From IMG/VR virus record IMGVR_UViG_3300044643_002008, positions 13,201 through 77,200 of that record: a DNA stretch of 64,000 nucleotides. One strand, 5' to 3'. Shown here piece by piece: positions 45,509 through 55,900 of this stretch. Within the stretch, counting starts at the first letter, position 1. Every line of letters begins with the position of its first letter. Source of the DNA: a virus. The notes beneath the pieces are model-generated. The model had not been told where the DNA came from. It saw nothing but the letters and a program-made list of their open reading frames with translations, and ran no database searches. The position numbers were made by a program, and so were the translations under genes.

Positions 45509-47743
45509 ATGGCCTGGAATATTGGTAATAAAGACCTCGGCGGATTCGAGAAAAAGGCTGGAAACATTGGTCCAGGCGCTCCCGTCGCATATAACCCATC
45601 AATGGCTGGTCGGCCATACAAAGACTCGTGGGATATTGAGCGCGCTTACAGAGAAGGCGTTCAGAAGGTCACATGGGTAAACCGCTGTATTGACGCGATT
45701 GCTGGCAACCAGGCGAGATTGCCAATGATTATCAGAAAAGACAATTCACCAGATGGTGAAATCGTTCGCAAGAAGAACCCGATTCTTGACATTCTTAACT
45801 CGACGGCAAACCAGGGAGAAAACTCCTTTATCTTTAGATATAGGCTTTCTTCACAGCTTTTGATGTCTAGCCGTGGTGCCTTTATCGAGAAAGTTCGTGG
45901 CAGAAATGGAGAGGTAGTAGCTCTTCACCTTCTCCCACCACAACACACCTCTCCAATACCAGACCCTAAGCGCTTTGTTTCCGGATTTGAAGTGGACATG
46001 CGAAATGGTACGAAAATAATCCTTCGTCCTGAAGATGTAATTTGGGTTCGTCGTCCGCACCCCTTGGACCCATATCTGTCAATGACGCCAATGGAAGCGG
46101 CTGGTATCGCAATTGAAATTGAAAACCTTGCAAAAATTTATAACCGTAACTTCCTTCTGAATGACGGTCGCCCAGGCGGCTTGATTGTTGTTCGTGGAGA
46201 AATTGACGACGACGACAAGGACGAGCTTAGAAGTAGATTCCGCGGCAACCTTTCAAAGACAGGTGCCGTAACGGTTCTTTCCTCTGACGAGGGTGTTGAC
46301 TTCGTTGATACCGGAGCCTCACCACGAGATGCCGCGTATATACAGATGCGTCAAATCACTAAGGAAGAAATTCTCTCCGCCTTCGGTGTACCTGAATCGG
46401 TTATCGGAAACGCTGCAGGACGCACATTCTCAAATGCCGGCGAAGAAATCCGTGTTTTCTGGGTCGAGACAATGATGCCCCACTTGATGCAGATGGCCAG
46501 AGCTCTCGACGCTCTTGACCCCGAGTACTACATCGACTTTGATACCTCGCAGGTTCCCGTTCTTGTTCTGTACAAGCAGGAGCGTGAACGCTATTTGCTC
46601 GACGAGCTTCAGGCTGGATTAATTAGCCCAAATGAATACCGTGCCGGAACAGGCAAAAAAGAAATTGATTCAGACTTGATGAACGCAATGCTCGCCAACC
46701 CGAACTTGACGCCAATTGGCTACACGGACAAACCGTTTGACTCAACACAGCAACAGCAACTTGACATGATGGGTGCTCAGCAGGGTGCTCCTGGAGCTCC
46801 TCAGATGCCAGGAATGCCGCCAATGCCCGGTGCGGTGCTTGGGCAGGAATCAGGAATGATTGGGGCACCAGAGGCTCCCCAAGAGGGAATGACGGCAGCT
46901 TTAGCTCAAGAGGCACAAGTAATCCCAACAGAGGTTGGACCGGTTCAAGGATTGTCAGAGAACTTAAACGAACTTCGCTTTAAGTCCATGAACGCGGCAA
47001 TCGATGAGTGGGACACAAAAGCTGAGCAGGATTCCGATAGATGGGTCGAAATTATGGATAGAAGCCTTGAGCGCCTATTCGACCGACAGAACCGCGTAGT
47101 CATCGAGAAGGCAAATGGAGCCAAGGCCAAGAAAAGCCTTGAGTCGGGCAAACTTGAGGGAAGCGCAATATTTGATACCGACGTTTGGAATAAGCAGTTG
47201 CAGGAAGACTTGCGACCTGTAATCAAAGCGATTATCGAAGATTCCGCTCGTCTTGCTTCTCAAAAAACCGGAATGCCTGTAGAAATAGACGAAGAAGAGC
47301 TTAATGAATACATTGAGCAACAGCTAAATAGGGCCCAGCAGGTCAACAATACGACAAAAGAAGAAATTCTTGCCGCGATATTGATAGCCCAGTCATTGCA
47401 AGATGATGAAGATAGGTCGGGAATGCTTAAGGCTGCTCTTGCGGCAATATTCCTTAATCTCCTTACGAAACGCCGTCGTCTTATAGCTGAGCACGAGTCG
47501 CAATCTGCCTACAATGCCGGAACATACTTTGCTAGCCGTCTTCTTGGCTCCCCAACAAAGACATGGGTTACCAGAAAAGATGCAAAAGTTAGAGCTGAGC
47601 ACCTGTTAATGCAGGGCAAGACAGTTGATGTTGGTCAGTCTTTTGATGTCGATGGCGTCAAGATGCGATTCCCTGGAGACCCTTCTGCTCCAGTGCATTT
47701 AACAATCAACTGTAGATGCCGCCTCAAGTTTGACACACTTTAA
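45509..47743 (+). CDS. HK97-family portal protein fused to a MuF (Mu gpF-like) domain
   Basis: CIDAIA...FLLNDGRPGG...EILSAFGVP...SPNEYR portal motifs; C-terminal KTW...VRAEH...FPGDP...INCRC. Confidence 0.92.
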   Translation: MAWNIGNKDLGGFEKKAGNIGPGAPVAYNPSMAGRPYKDSWDIERAYREGVQKVTWVNRCIDAIAGNQARLPMIIRKDNSPDGEIVRKKNPILDILNSTANQGENSFIFRYRLSSQLLMSSRGAFIEKVRGRNGEVVALHLLPPQHTSPIPDPKRFVSGFEVDMRNGTKIILRPEDVIWVRRPHPLDPYLSMTPMEAAGIAIEIENLAKIYNRNFLLNDGRPGGLIVVRGEIDDDDKDELRSRFRGNLSKTGAVTVLSSDEGVDFVDTGASPRDAAYIQMRQITKEEILSAFGVPESVIGNAAGRTFSNAGEEIRVFWVETMMPHLMQMARALDALDPEYYIDFDTSQVPVLVLYKQERERYLLDELQAGLISPNEYRAGTGKKEIDSDLMNAMLANPNLTPIGYTDKPFDSTQQQQLDMMGAQQGAPGAPQMPGMPPMPGAVLGQESGMIGAPEAPQEGMTAALAQEAQVIPTEVGPVQGLSENLNELRFKSMNAAIDEWDTKAEQDSDRWVEIMDRSLERLFDRQNRVVIEKANGAKAKKSLESGKLEGSAIFDTDVWNKQLQEDLRPVIKAIIEDSARLASQKTGMPVEIDEEELNEYIEQQLNRAQQVNNTTKEEILAAILIAQSLQDDEDRSGMLKAALAAIFLNLLTKRRRLIAEHESQSAYNAGTYFASRLLGSPTKTWVTRKDAKVRAEHLLMQGKTVDVGQSFDVDGVKMRFPGDPSAPVHLTINCRCRLKFDTL

Positions 47744-47771
47744 GTAAACTCGCGGACTTTACTTAAAGTGT
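47735..47771. repeat. perfect 14-bp inverted repeat with 9-nt spacer
   Basis: acactttaagtaaa-ctcgcggac-tttacttaaagtgt. Confidence 0.85.
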
Positions 47772-47826
47772 TCCGCTAGACGACTGTTTAATTGTTTATT
47801 ATTGAACCTGTCGAAAGGTTTGCTAT

Positions 47827-50556
47827 ATGCCATCATCTTTTACAGATATGAATACGACAGAAGAAAAAGCTACAGAATACAAGGCCATTCCTGGTCAGTT
47901 CAATGTTGATGAAGCTCTTGGCATTGTTGAATGTTTCGTCGCCGGCATAGGAAACAAGGACTCCGTTGGAGATGTTTGCCTTCCTGGTGCTTTCTCTGGA
48001 AGCCTTAAGCGTCGTAAGCCACGTGTTGTATGGGGACACAACTGGAATGAGCCAATTGGCAAAGTTCTAGACATCTACGAAGTTGGTCCCAACGACCCAC
48101 GTCTACCCATGAAGATGAGACGTGCCGGTATAGGTGGTCTGTATGCTCGCGTTCAGTTCAACCTAAAATCCGAAAGAGGCAAGGAAGCATTTAATAGCGT
48201 TGTTTTCTTTGGAGAAGAGCAAGAGTGGTCAATTGGCTACAAGACTTTGGACGCTGTTTTTGACCCATCGCAACAGGCAAACATGCTTAAAGAAGTCGAG
48301 CTATACGAAGTATCTCCTGTTTTGCACGGTGCAAACCAGCTAACAGGAACGATATCCATCAAAGCTGACCAGCCATTAAAAGACCCAAAGGGTGGATTAA
48401 CCGCCGCTGGACGTAGGCACTTTAAGAATACTGAAGGCGCAGACCTCAAGCCCGGAGTTAAGGGCCCAGCAGACACCCCAGAGAAGATGCGCCGCAAAGG
48501 CTCATTCCTCACTCGCTTTTACACAAACCCTTCAGGTCCTCTTGTTGATGAAGATGGAGAGCCAACACGCCTAGCGCTTGCTGCAGTTGCATGGGGAGAG
48601 CCAGCACCAAAGAACCGTCAGGACGCGGCAGAACTCGCTGCAAAGGGCAGAAGAATGCTCGACAGATACGGTAAGTCTAAGACTAAGGCCGACCCAGCGC
48701 AGGGTGGCCAAAAGTGCCCAACTGCAACAAAAGAAGTTTCCGTCAATATAAAAAATAGACAGAAGGCAATCGATAGCGCCGGATATGGCCCACTTAACCC
48801 AAAGGAAGCAAACTCAGAGTTTTGGGACAAAAAGGCATCTCGATGGGATGTAACTGCCCAAGAAGCAAAAAAGCAGAAGTGCGGAAATTGCGCTGTGTTT
48901 ATAAAGACCTCAGCTATGGAAAAGTGCATTCAGAGCGGCCTTGCTGCCGGTGGAGAGCTTGGCGACAGCGCTTGGGACGTTATTGCTGCAGCAGACCTTG
49001 GTTACTGCGAAGCATTTGACTTCAAGTGTGCCGCGTCTCGTACTTGCGATGCATGGGTTGTTGGTGGACCGATTACTGACGAATCTTCGAACAGTCAAGA
49101 AGTTGCAGAAAAGAGTGCAATATATAAGTCGCCCGAGTACATGTCAAACACTTCAGTTGGACGTATGGCCGAACTCGCAAAAGCCTTGTCGGAAAGATTT
49201 AGCTCGCCAGTAAAAATCAGAACAGCAGACAGAGACATGGTTGTTTTCGACATCAGCAATGGTGGACAGTCAACAACAATGAGAATCACCTACTACTTTG
49301 ATGGCGAAGAATTTATGTTCGGTGAGCCACATCAGGTTCGTGCTGAAACCGTATATCTCCCGGTAAATACTCCTTCCGGAATAATGCCAGGACACGCTTT
49401 TCCAGATATGGAGGATGATGATGATTCAGGGGAATACGCTCATGGGGCTCGTGAAATGATTAGAAACGTATCTCAAAAGCCTCACGACGATTGTGGGTGT
49501 GGATGCTCTGGTGCGGGAACGTGTGGAGTTCCTGAGCCTTCTATTAGCTGGAGCAAGTTCAAGGAAAGAACCCCTGGGGCCCACCTTTTCGTAAGAGCAC
49601 TAGGTCAGGAAAAGTCAGACGCGCTAGAGCTAGTAAAGACAGTGTGCGATTATCACGGAATTGAAATGAAAGAACTGGAAGACGGAGTAGCTGTTCCGTT
49701 TATCGACTCTTTGTCTGATGACGGATATGAAGCCGTAATGACAGTCGCATCGAATATGTCAGAAGGATTTGACGCAAAGAGTGTTGGTGGGAAACTCCGC
49801 CGAGTAGGAAGAATGGCAAACAACTTTGACCGTTTCGACCCTAACGCTATTGACGCCGATGGTGACTCACAAGTTCAAGAAGGAACACGCTTCCAGCGCC
49901 CTGCGGCTCCTAGAAACATGCCAAAGGTTAAGCCAATCCAGGTTCCCCGCAGAGAAGATGTGCCACTAAAGCCTTCTGTTCCATCAACCCCAACACCAAC
50001 CCCCACAAGAGTTCCCGAAAAGCCAAGAGTTCCACAAAGAGCTGGGCGCTTGTCTGGCTCTATGAGCCTTGGTGATAATAGTCTTAGCTGGAGAAGCAGA
50101 GATTTCAAGAATCCAGGACCATCTAAGCTCGGTGAGGAAATGGACAAAATCATTGAAACCGTAGACGGTGATTCTGCATGGGACGCATGGGATGAGCTCG
50201 ATAACAAGCTCGGAGGAATGCTTGATGATATGTCACTTGGCGACCTAGAAGACGCTTTGGATGAAATGAAAGCAAAATTCCGCCAATGGGGAATTGGCAT
50301 GCAGAACGAATACAACGACGCACTAGCTGACAGGTTGATGTGGGGAGACGAAGAAGGAGTTATTAAACACCTGATGCGTTGGCAAGACATGACAAAACGG
50401 CAAGCACAAAAAGAAGCTCCGAGACTAATTGATGAATATGAAGCTGCAAGCCAAAAAGAACAAGCTTTTGAACAGGTTATCGATGCTTTGAAGTCGCGAA
50501 TTAAAGACATAGAAAAAGCAGAGGACGCATTAAGCGAGGATGATTTTTATGATTAG
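47827..50556 (+). CDS. HK97-family prohead protease with long multi-domain C-terminal extension
   Basis: DSVGD...GAF...WGHNW...PIG, WSIGY, LYEVSPVLHGAN in the first ~180 aa; ~730-aa extension. Confidence 0.92.
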   Translation: MPSSFTDMNTTEEKATEYKAIPGQFNVDEALGIVECFVAGIGNKDSVGDVCLPGAFSGSLKRRKPRVVWGHNWNEPIGKVLDIYEVGPNDPRLPMKMRRAGIGGLYARVQFNLKSERGKEAFNSVVFFGEEQEWSIGYKTLDAVFDPSQQANMLKEVELYEVSPVLHGANQLTGTISIKADQPLKDPKGGLTAAGRRHFKNTEGADLKPGVKGPADTPEKMRRKGSFLTRFYTNPSGPLVDEDGEPTRLALAAVAWGEPAPKNRQDAAELAAKGRRMLDRYGKSKTKADPAQGGQKCPTATKEVSVNIKNRQKAIDSAGYGPLNPKEANSEFWDKKASRWDVTAQEAKKQKCGNCAVFIKTSAMEKCIQSGLAAGGELGDSAWDVIAAADLGYCEAFDFKCAASRTCDAWVVGGPITDESSNSQEVAEKSAIYKSPEYMSNTSVGRMAELAKALSERFSSPVKIRTADRDMVVFDISNGGQSTTMRITYYFDGEEFMFGEPHQVRAETVYLPVNTPSGIMPGHAFPDMEDDDDSGEYAHGAREMIRNVSQKPHDDCGCGCSGAGTCGVPEPSISWSKFKERTPGAHLFVRALGQEKSDALELVKTVCDYHGIEMKELEDGVAVPFIDSLSDDGYEAVMTVASNMSEGFDAKSVGGKLRRVGRMANNFDRFDPNAIDADGDSQVQEGTRFQRPAAPRNMPKVKPIQVPRREDVPLKPSVPSTPTPTPTRVPEKPRVPQRAGRLSGSMSLGDNSLSWRSRDFKNPGPSKLGEEMDKIIETVDGDSAWDAWDELDNKLGGMLDDMSLGDLEDALDEMKAKFRQWGIGMQNEYNDALADRLMWGDEEGVIKHLMRWQDMTKRQAQKEAPRLIDEYEAASQKEQAFEQVIDALKSRIKDIEKAEDALSEDDFYD

Positions 50557-50890
50557 GTCATTTATTTCAGTAAATAAAGAAATTGATATAGATGTAAAGT
50601 CTGGCGAGTTTGTAATTAATTCAGGATTTGAAAAAATTGTACGACTTTTTGTCGAACCTGAAATAATTGATAACCAAGGTTCGGTGACTTCAGGTCAAAT
50701 ATCCATAAAGACAGCAATGCCATACATAGACGATGTTGTAGACACAATCTCTTCTGTGATGGAGTATCACGGCGTTGAGGGGTACCTTGACGGAAACACT
50801 ATTGTTATTGAAGATGCTGAATACCTAGCTGAAGACACAATCGACGCTTTGGAGACGGCAGTCAAGGGGTTGAACACCTATTTAAAATGA
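50540..50890 (+). CDS. hypothetical acidic protein
   Basis: Coupled ORF; its YHGVE segment resembles YHGIE in the protease extension. Confidence 0.6.
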   Translation: MIFMIRSFISVNKEIDIDVKSGEFVINSGFEKIVRLFVEPEIIDNQGSVTSGQISIKTAMPYIDDVVDTISSVMEYHGVEGYLDGNTIVIEDAEYLAEDTIDALETAVKGLNTYLK

Positions 50891-51126
50891 CACCGGCCGG
50901 TCAGCCATCTGGTCGGCCATCATCAAAGCCTGTTAATGGCGCATCACAGGGTAATAACTACACCCAGGGACGCTCTCCAATAGGTTATGCTACTTCAAGG
51001 CAATTAGCGAATATTCAACATAAGTATCAGTGCATAGTAACGGGCGAAAAACGCCTAGAACCGTGCGCCGGATGCACAAACACAAAAGGTTGTCTCACAA
51101 GGACACTCCAACACAAGGAGCCATAA
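50887..51126 (+). CDS. small 4-Cys protein
   Basis: ATGA and TAATG overlaps with neighbours; C-x8-CxxC-x5-C. Confidence 0.55.
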   Translation: MTPAGQPSGRPSSKPVNGASQGNNYTQGRSPIGYATSRQLANIQHKYQCIVTGEKRLEPCAGCTNTKGCLTRTLQHKEP

Positions 51127-52577
51127 TGCAAGAAAAAGCTATCGTAAAACTTGACGCTGACGGAAATGTAACGCAGTGCGCAAAAGGCGCAGGCGCGTCT
51201 GAATGCGGCTATCAACCGGGCGCAAAGGCATGTGGCAAGTGCGGAGCCATGGCTGTTATGTCCAAGGGTGACATGATGGATGAAGAAGAAGATGACGACG
51301 ACATGATGGACGAAGAAATGCCCATGATGAAGAAGAAAAAGAAGCCAATGATGGCCATGGACGATGACGACATGATGGACGAAGACGAAGAAGAAATGAA
51401 AATGTACGGCGAGTCCGAATTCATGCCTGGTATGAAGCCAAAAAAGAAAATGGGAATGGCTATGCCAGAGATGGACGAAGAAGAAATACCCATGAAGAAG
51501 GGTCGCAAGATGTCAATGGGCGTAGACGGCAAAGAGCCTATGTTCCCCATGAAGAAAAAGAAGCCAATGATGGCCATGGACGAAGAAAAAATGATGGACG
51601 AAGAGGAAGAGGAAGGCGTAGGTGCGCTTCGCAAGAAAATGCGTATGAACCGTCTCAACTCCATGGGCTTCAAGTCAGCCGACCTCGAAACAGACGAATT
51701 GTTTATGTGCCAGTTTGAGCGCAAGGTCTACCCAATGGGTGAGTCCGTGTGCGACAGCTGCCCAGGTGGATGTATGCCAGAAGGCAAGATGCCAGGAATT
51801 CTTGAAATCGAAGGAATCGCTGAGGACATGTTCTCAGGCAAGGTTCTTGACTCTGGATACTCAGACGACGCAGACCTTTTCATCGTTGACGTGGAGCGCA
51901 AAGATGGCAAGCCTATTGAGATTTTCTTTGATGGCGAAACAGCAGAAGTTATGGGTTGGCACATGCTTAACGCAGACGTTCTCAATGTTAAGTCAGGCCT
52001 GCAAAACCAGAGCTTGATTAGCTTCTCTGAAGCCGCAGAAATTGCAACCAAGAGCATCTTTGGTGATGTCGTTGCTGTTGAGCCAGACGTGTTTGAAGGC
52101 TTTGACGCATACGCGGTAGAAGTAGAGGGACTTGATGGCAAGTCTTATGACGTTTTTGTCTCTCTTGATGGTGAGCTTTTGGGTTACGACGAGTACACCC
52201 TTGATGAGGCCGAGTCAATTGAGGCAGAAGCAGCAGAGATTGCGCTTAAGCGCGCCTACACAGAAGAGTCACGCGAACAGATGGCAAAAGCTGGAAACGC
52301 TTTGCCTGACGGTTCTTTCCCAATCAAGGACGAGTCAGACTTGCGTAATGCAATTCAGGCTTACGGTCGTGCAAAGGACAAGGATGCAGCCAAGGCTCAC
52401 ATCATGAAGCGTGCACTTGACCTCGGACTAGAAGAGTTGATTCCAATGAATTGGGTTCCAGAATCCGACAAGAACAAAGCAAAGATGGAAGGCAAGTCAG
52501 AAGAAGAATCATTCTTGAATGACCTGCTTGAATTTGAAATGCTCGCAGCAGAGCAGGGAATTGAAGGAGAAAAATAA
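51126..52577 (+). CDS. Met/Lys/Asp/Glu-rich head-region protein with Cys motifs, two PepSY-like domains and a DUF6582-like domain
   Basis: AAGGAG RBS and ATG at 51126; SFSEAAEIA...GDVVAVE...YAVEV...DG...V...DGELL; ALPDGSFPI...DLRNAI...GRA. Confidence 0.7.
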   Translation: MQEKAIVKLDADGNVTQCAKGAGASECGYQPGAKACGKCGAMAVMSKGDMMDEEEDDDDMMDEEMPMMKKKKKPMMAMDDDDMMDEDEEEMKMYGESEFMPGMKPKKKMGMAMPEMDEEEIPMKKGRKMSMGVDGKEPMFPMKKKKPMMAMDEEKMMDEEEEEGVGALRKKMRMNRLNSMGFKSADLETDELFMCQFERKVYPMGESVCDSCPGGCMPEGKMPGILEIEGIAEDMFSGKVLDSGYSDDADLFIVDVERKDGKPIEIFFDGETAEVMGWHMLNADVLNVKSGLQNQSLISFSEAAEIATKSIFGDVVAVEPDVFEGFDAYAVEVEGLDGKSYDVFVSLDGELLGYDEYTLDEAESIEAEAAEIALKRAYTEESREQMAKAGNALPDGSFPIKDESDLRNAIQAYGRAKDKDAAKAHIMKRALDLGLEELIPMNWVPESDKNKAKMEGKSEEESFLNDLLEFEMLAAEQGIEGEK

Positions 52578-52885
52578 TGCAACACAAAAATGCAGCCCCA
52601 GCAGGTGTTTTTCAGCAGTCCAATAAAGCGGATTTTGCTGTTGAAAACAAAGAGGAAGTTTCGACTCCTTCTGGCATTGGTTCCGAACTGAGTGAATCAG
52701 TAAAGCCTCAGAAACCAAAAGCCAAGAAGGCAAAGGAAGAAGAGACTACTGAAGCTCCAGTAGTTGAAGTGGCTCCAGCAGCTGAAGAAGCTTCGGTAGC
52801 TCCAGTAGCTGAAGAAGCTGTTGTGGTTGAGGTCGTTCCCGAAGAACAGCCGTCGACCGAAGAAGAATCAACAGATTCAAAATAG
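52577..52885 (+). CDS. acidic low-complexity protein
   Basis: AAGGAG RBS; Glu/Ala/Val/Pro-rich. Confidence 0.65.
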   Translation: MQHKNAAPAGVFQQSNKADFAVENKEEVSTPSGIGSELSESVKPQKPKAKKAKEEETTEAPVVEVAPAAEEASVAPVAEEAVVVEVVPEEQPSTEEESTDSK

Positions 52886-52951
52886 CCTAAGTAGCACCCC
52901 GGTGCACTCCGGGCAAATAGAATTGAATGTACATAGTCGTTCATAAATGGA

Positions 52952-55900
52952 GTGCCGATGGCTGAACCGCGTAAAAAACACAGTGATATAGAGCGAAAGC
53001 TTATAAATACTGTCTTTTCTGACGACTTCGAACTAAGAGGATTTGGTGCCGGACATCTCTACAAGGCAGAAAAAAATACTTCTGAAGACGACAAAGAAGT
53101 AAAAAAGAAAATCTCCAAACCAGCAAAAACGCCTTTCAAGCAATGGGCAAGAGACTGGCAAGAAGGCGACGCTTTGCCCTTCATGCCGCCCGGTAAAATT
53201 CTTCAGCTTGACTCGCTTGGAACAAAGCCAAATAAAAAACCATTATTTCGGGATGCGGACCCTACCCGCAAAAGAAGCCTTAATGAAATAGGCCTAATGT
53301 CAAGCAAGTCGGTTCTTGGCAGAACTATTAACAACATGCCAGGAGCAATGCAAATCATTGCGATGGTGGCAAAGCGTAGAGGCATCCCAGTAGATGACCA
53401 GGGCAAGCTCAGATGTCCTGCAGGAACACCGGCAGCAAACCAATTTACAGACCTTCAGATGTCGAACTGTATGGTTCCATCTGCCGCAACAGCCGCTAGA
53501 GAAGCAGCAGGTGCCGTCAGAGGCGCTGTAGGCGGTTCAAGCCCTGCGGGTAGTGCGATTGTTGGCTCTGTAAGTATTGGCGGCAGAGTGGTAGACGCTG
53601 ATGGAGACAGCGTTTACGGAGCCCTAGAAGCTGCTCAAAGATTTTTGATTTTTAAAAAAAGACGCGCAGCAAGAGAAAAACTTGTATCTCAGCTTTTTGG
53701 AAACTTTAGGTCTAATGCTGGTGCAAAAAAGGCACTTCTTCGAGCTTTCCCCAAGATGGATAAAGAGAGTTTAGACAAGTTTTTAAATGACTTTAATGGT
53801 CTTAGCGGGCAAGACCTGGCTGACTACCTCGACATGCGTGAAGCGTTTATTGGTTCCCTTCTCTATGAAGCTTCAAAAAATAGAGAAGCTGCAGAAACTG
53901 CTGAAATAGTTTGGGAGTTTGGCGAAGAACTTTTATCTGAAGGAGAGGGTTTTCAGGTTCAAATAGAGACTGGAGAGGACTCTCAGCCATTTGTTCTTTT
54001 TAGATACAGCCCAATAGGTCTAGTCAACGTAAAAAACAACATACAAGAAAACCATTTAGCAAACGGCACAAGCAACGACCCAGACAACCCACAAAATGCA
54101 TCTGACTTTGGTTCATATGTTGGCACTCACGAATTTTTTCACTTAGCCGATTTTCATGAAACATTTAAAAAGCTTGGTCTCGACATAAACGACACAAATT
54201 ATAACTCTGCAATTGAAAAAATTGACAACATAATAAACGGAGATGTTAATGGGGCTTTAAGCCAGGGTCTAATAACTCCAGAACAACACGCTCTATGGAA
54301 CTTGCATGAAAAATTAAAGTCCGACATTGCGTCTGGCGTAAGCAACGAAGATGCACTAGATAGTTTTTACGAAGAAATAGCTAAGTTTTTTACAGAAGGA
54401 ACAGGCCTGTATACGCCTGAAGTTGCTGCAATTATGAAAGATGTTGTTGGCTCAAAATACGGACATCAAAGCAACATAGAAAACAAGGCAGAGCTCGGTG
54501 CTGCTGCCTCTTATTTTCCAGAACTACTTCAGCAAAGAATAGACGAAATAAACGAAGACAGAATAATAAACGGCATACCCCCCATACCTGACCTTGACGA
54601 ATTAATGAAGGACATGTTTGGCGGTGATGTAATAACACCCCCATCGCAAAATACGCAGATACAGAGACCAGGGGTGGCAAGGAGAACCGTTCGAGCTGCC
54701 CGGGCACTCAAGAATCCTGATGGTCAAGATTCAGACACCGAAGATGTATCAGACATAGACGATGCTGCAGTACTTGACTATTTAATAGACACTGCAGGAA
54801 ATATAAAAAAGTCAAATTTAAGACGACAGAAAAACATAAGAAAAATGTCGCTCGACCTTTTGTTTGATGCATACACAGAAGATGAAATAAAAAACATACT
54901 TGCATCTATCCCTGTTAGTCAGCGTGGCAACAATAGATACATCACGAGTCTTTTGAAGGTACCAGAACGCTTTTCAGGCTCCAGAACACCTTCGGGTTCT
55001 AGAAGTCCCCGAGAGCTTGATTGGCTCGACCTTTTAGCTAGGGCCGACAACGAGGGCTGGATTGATTTTACAACCATCTCCGACATGTACACGCTCCGTG
55101 GTGGCGGAAGCCCAATGGACACTGCAAAGGCAAACGTTCGGGCGCTAAGACGTTCGGTGCAACAAAGACGCGAAGACCGCGAGCAAAGAGCTACCACAAA
55201 AGCTCAAACGAGAAAACTTACGGGCAGCATGGGTAACCCACGCCTTTCTAAAGTTTCTGGCTCAATGGCTTGGGTCAGAAGAAACGGTGTTAGATGGTGG
55301 GAAGACGAACCAAAAAACAATCCAAAGCCAGACAGCCGTGTTTCTGCGAGCATAAAACCACTAAAAGACGGAAAAATTTCAATTAATTGGGGTGACGAAT
55401 CTTGGGAATTTGATTCTTCTAAAGACGTAGATAAACAGTGGAAAGAACAAGTTTTAAAAGACTGGGCAAAGTTTGATGGCAACTTCTCAATGCGTTACGT
55501 CTCTTCAATGCTTATGGGAATGGATGTTCCAGATTCGAGCGGATATAACGAAGAAAAAGACGATGGAAGCAATTCAATTCACGACGCTCTTGTTTCTGGA
55601 AAAATAAAAGGACTTGACGACAAGCAGAAAGCTGAAGTCAAAAAAGCCGTTGAACAGGCTGTAATAGCTCTTCTTTCTATAGAAAAAGACGACAACGTAA
55701 AGGACTATGACGCCTACCGAGGCCTTAGTGGCGTCAATGAGAATGCATCAATCCTGAAAGCTAAAGTCGGTGACGAAATAGAGATGCCTTTGTCTGCATT
55801 TACCCCATCAAAAAACTGGGCGTCTGAAATGGCCGAGTTTAACGACGAAGGTGAGGGTGTACTTATCCATCTTCTTCCAGGGGCGCATTCGACAGCAGCT

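Noticed and set aside
51270-51610. Repeated DNA resembling an array
   Set aside because: These are in-frame coding repeats; only two exact copies, with no regular spacers.
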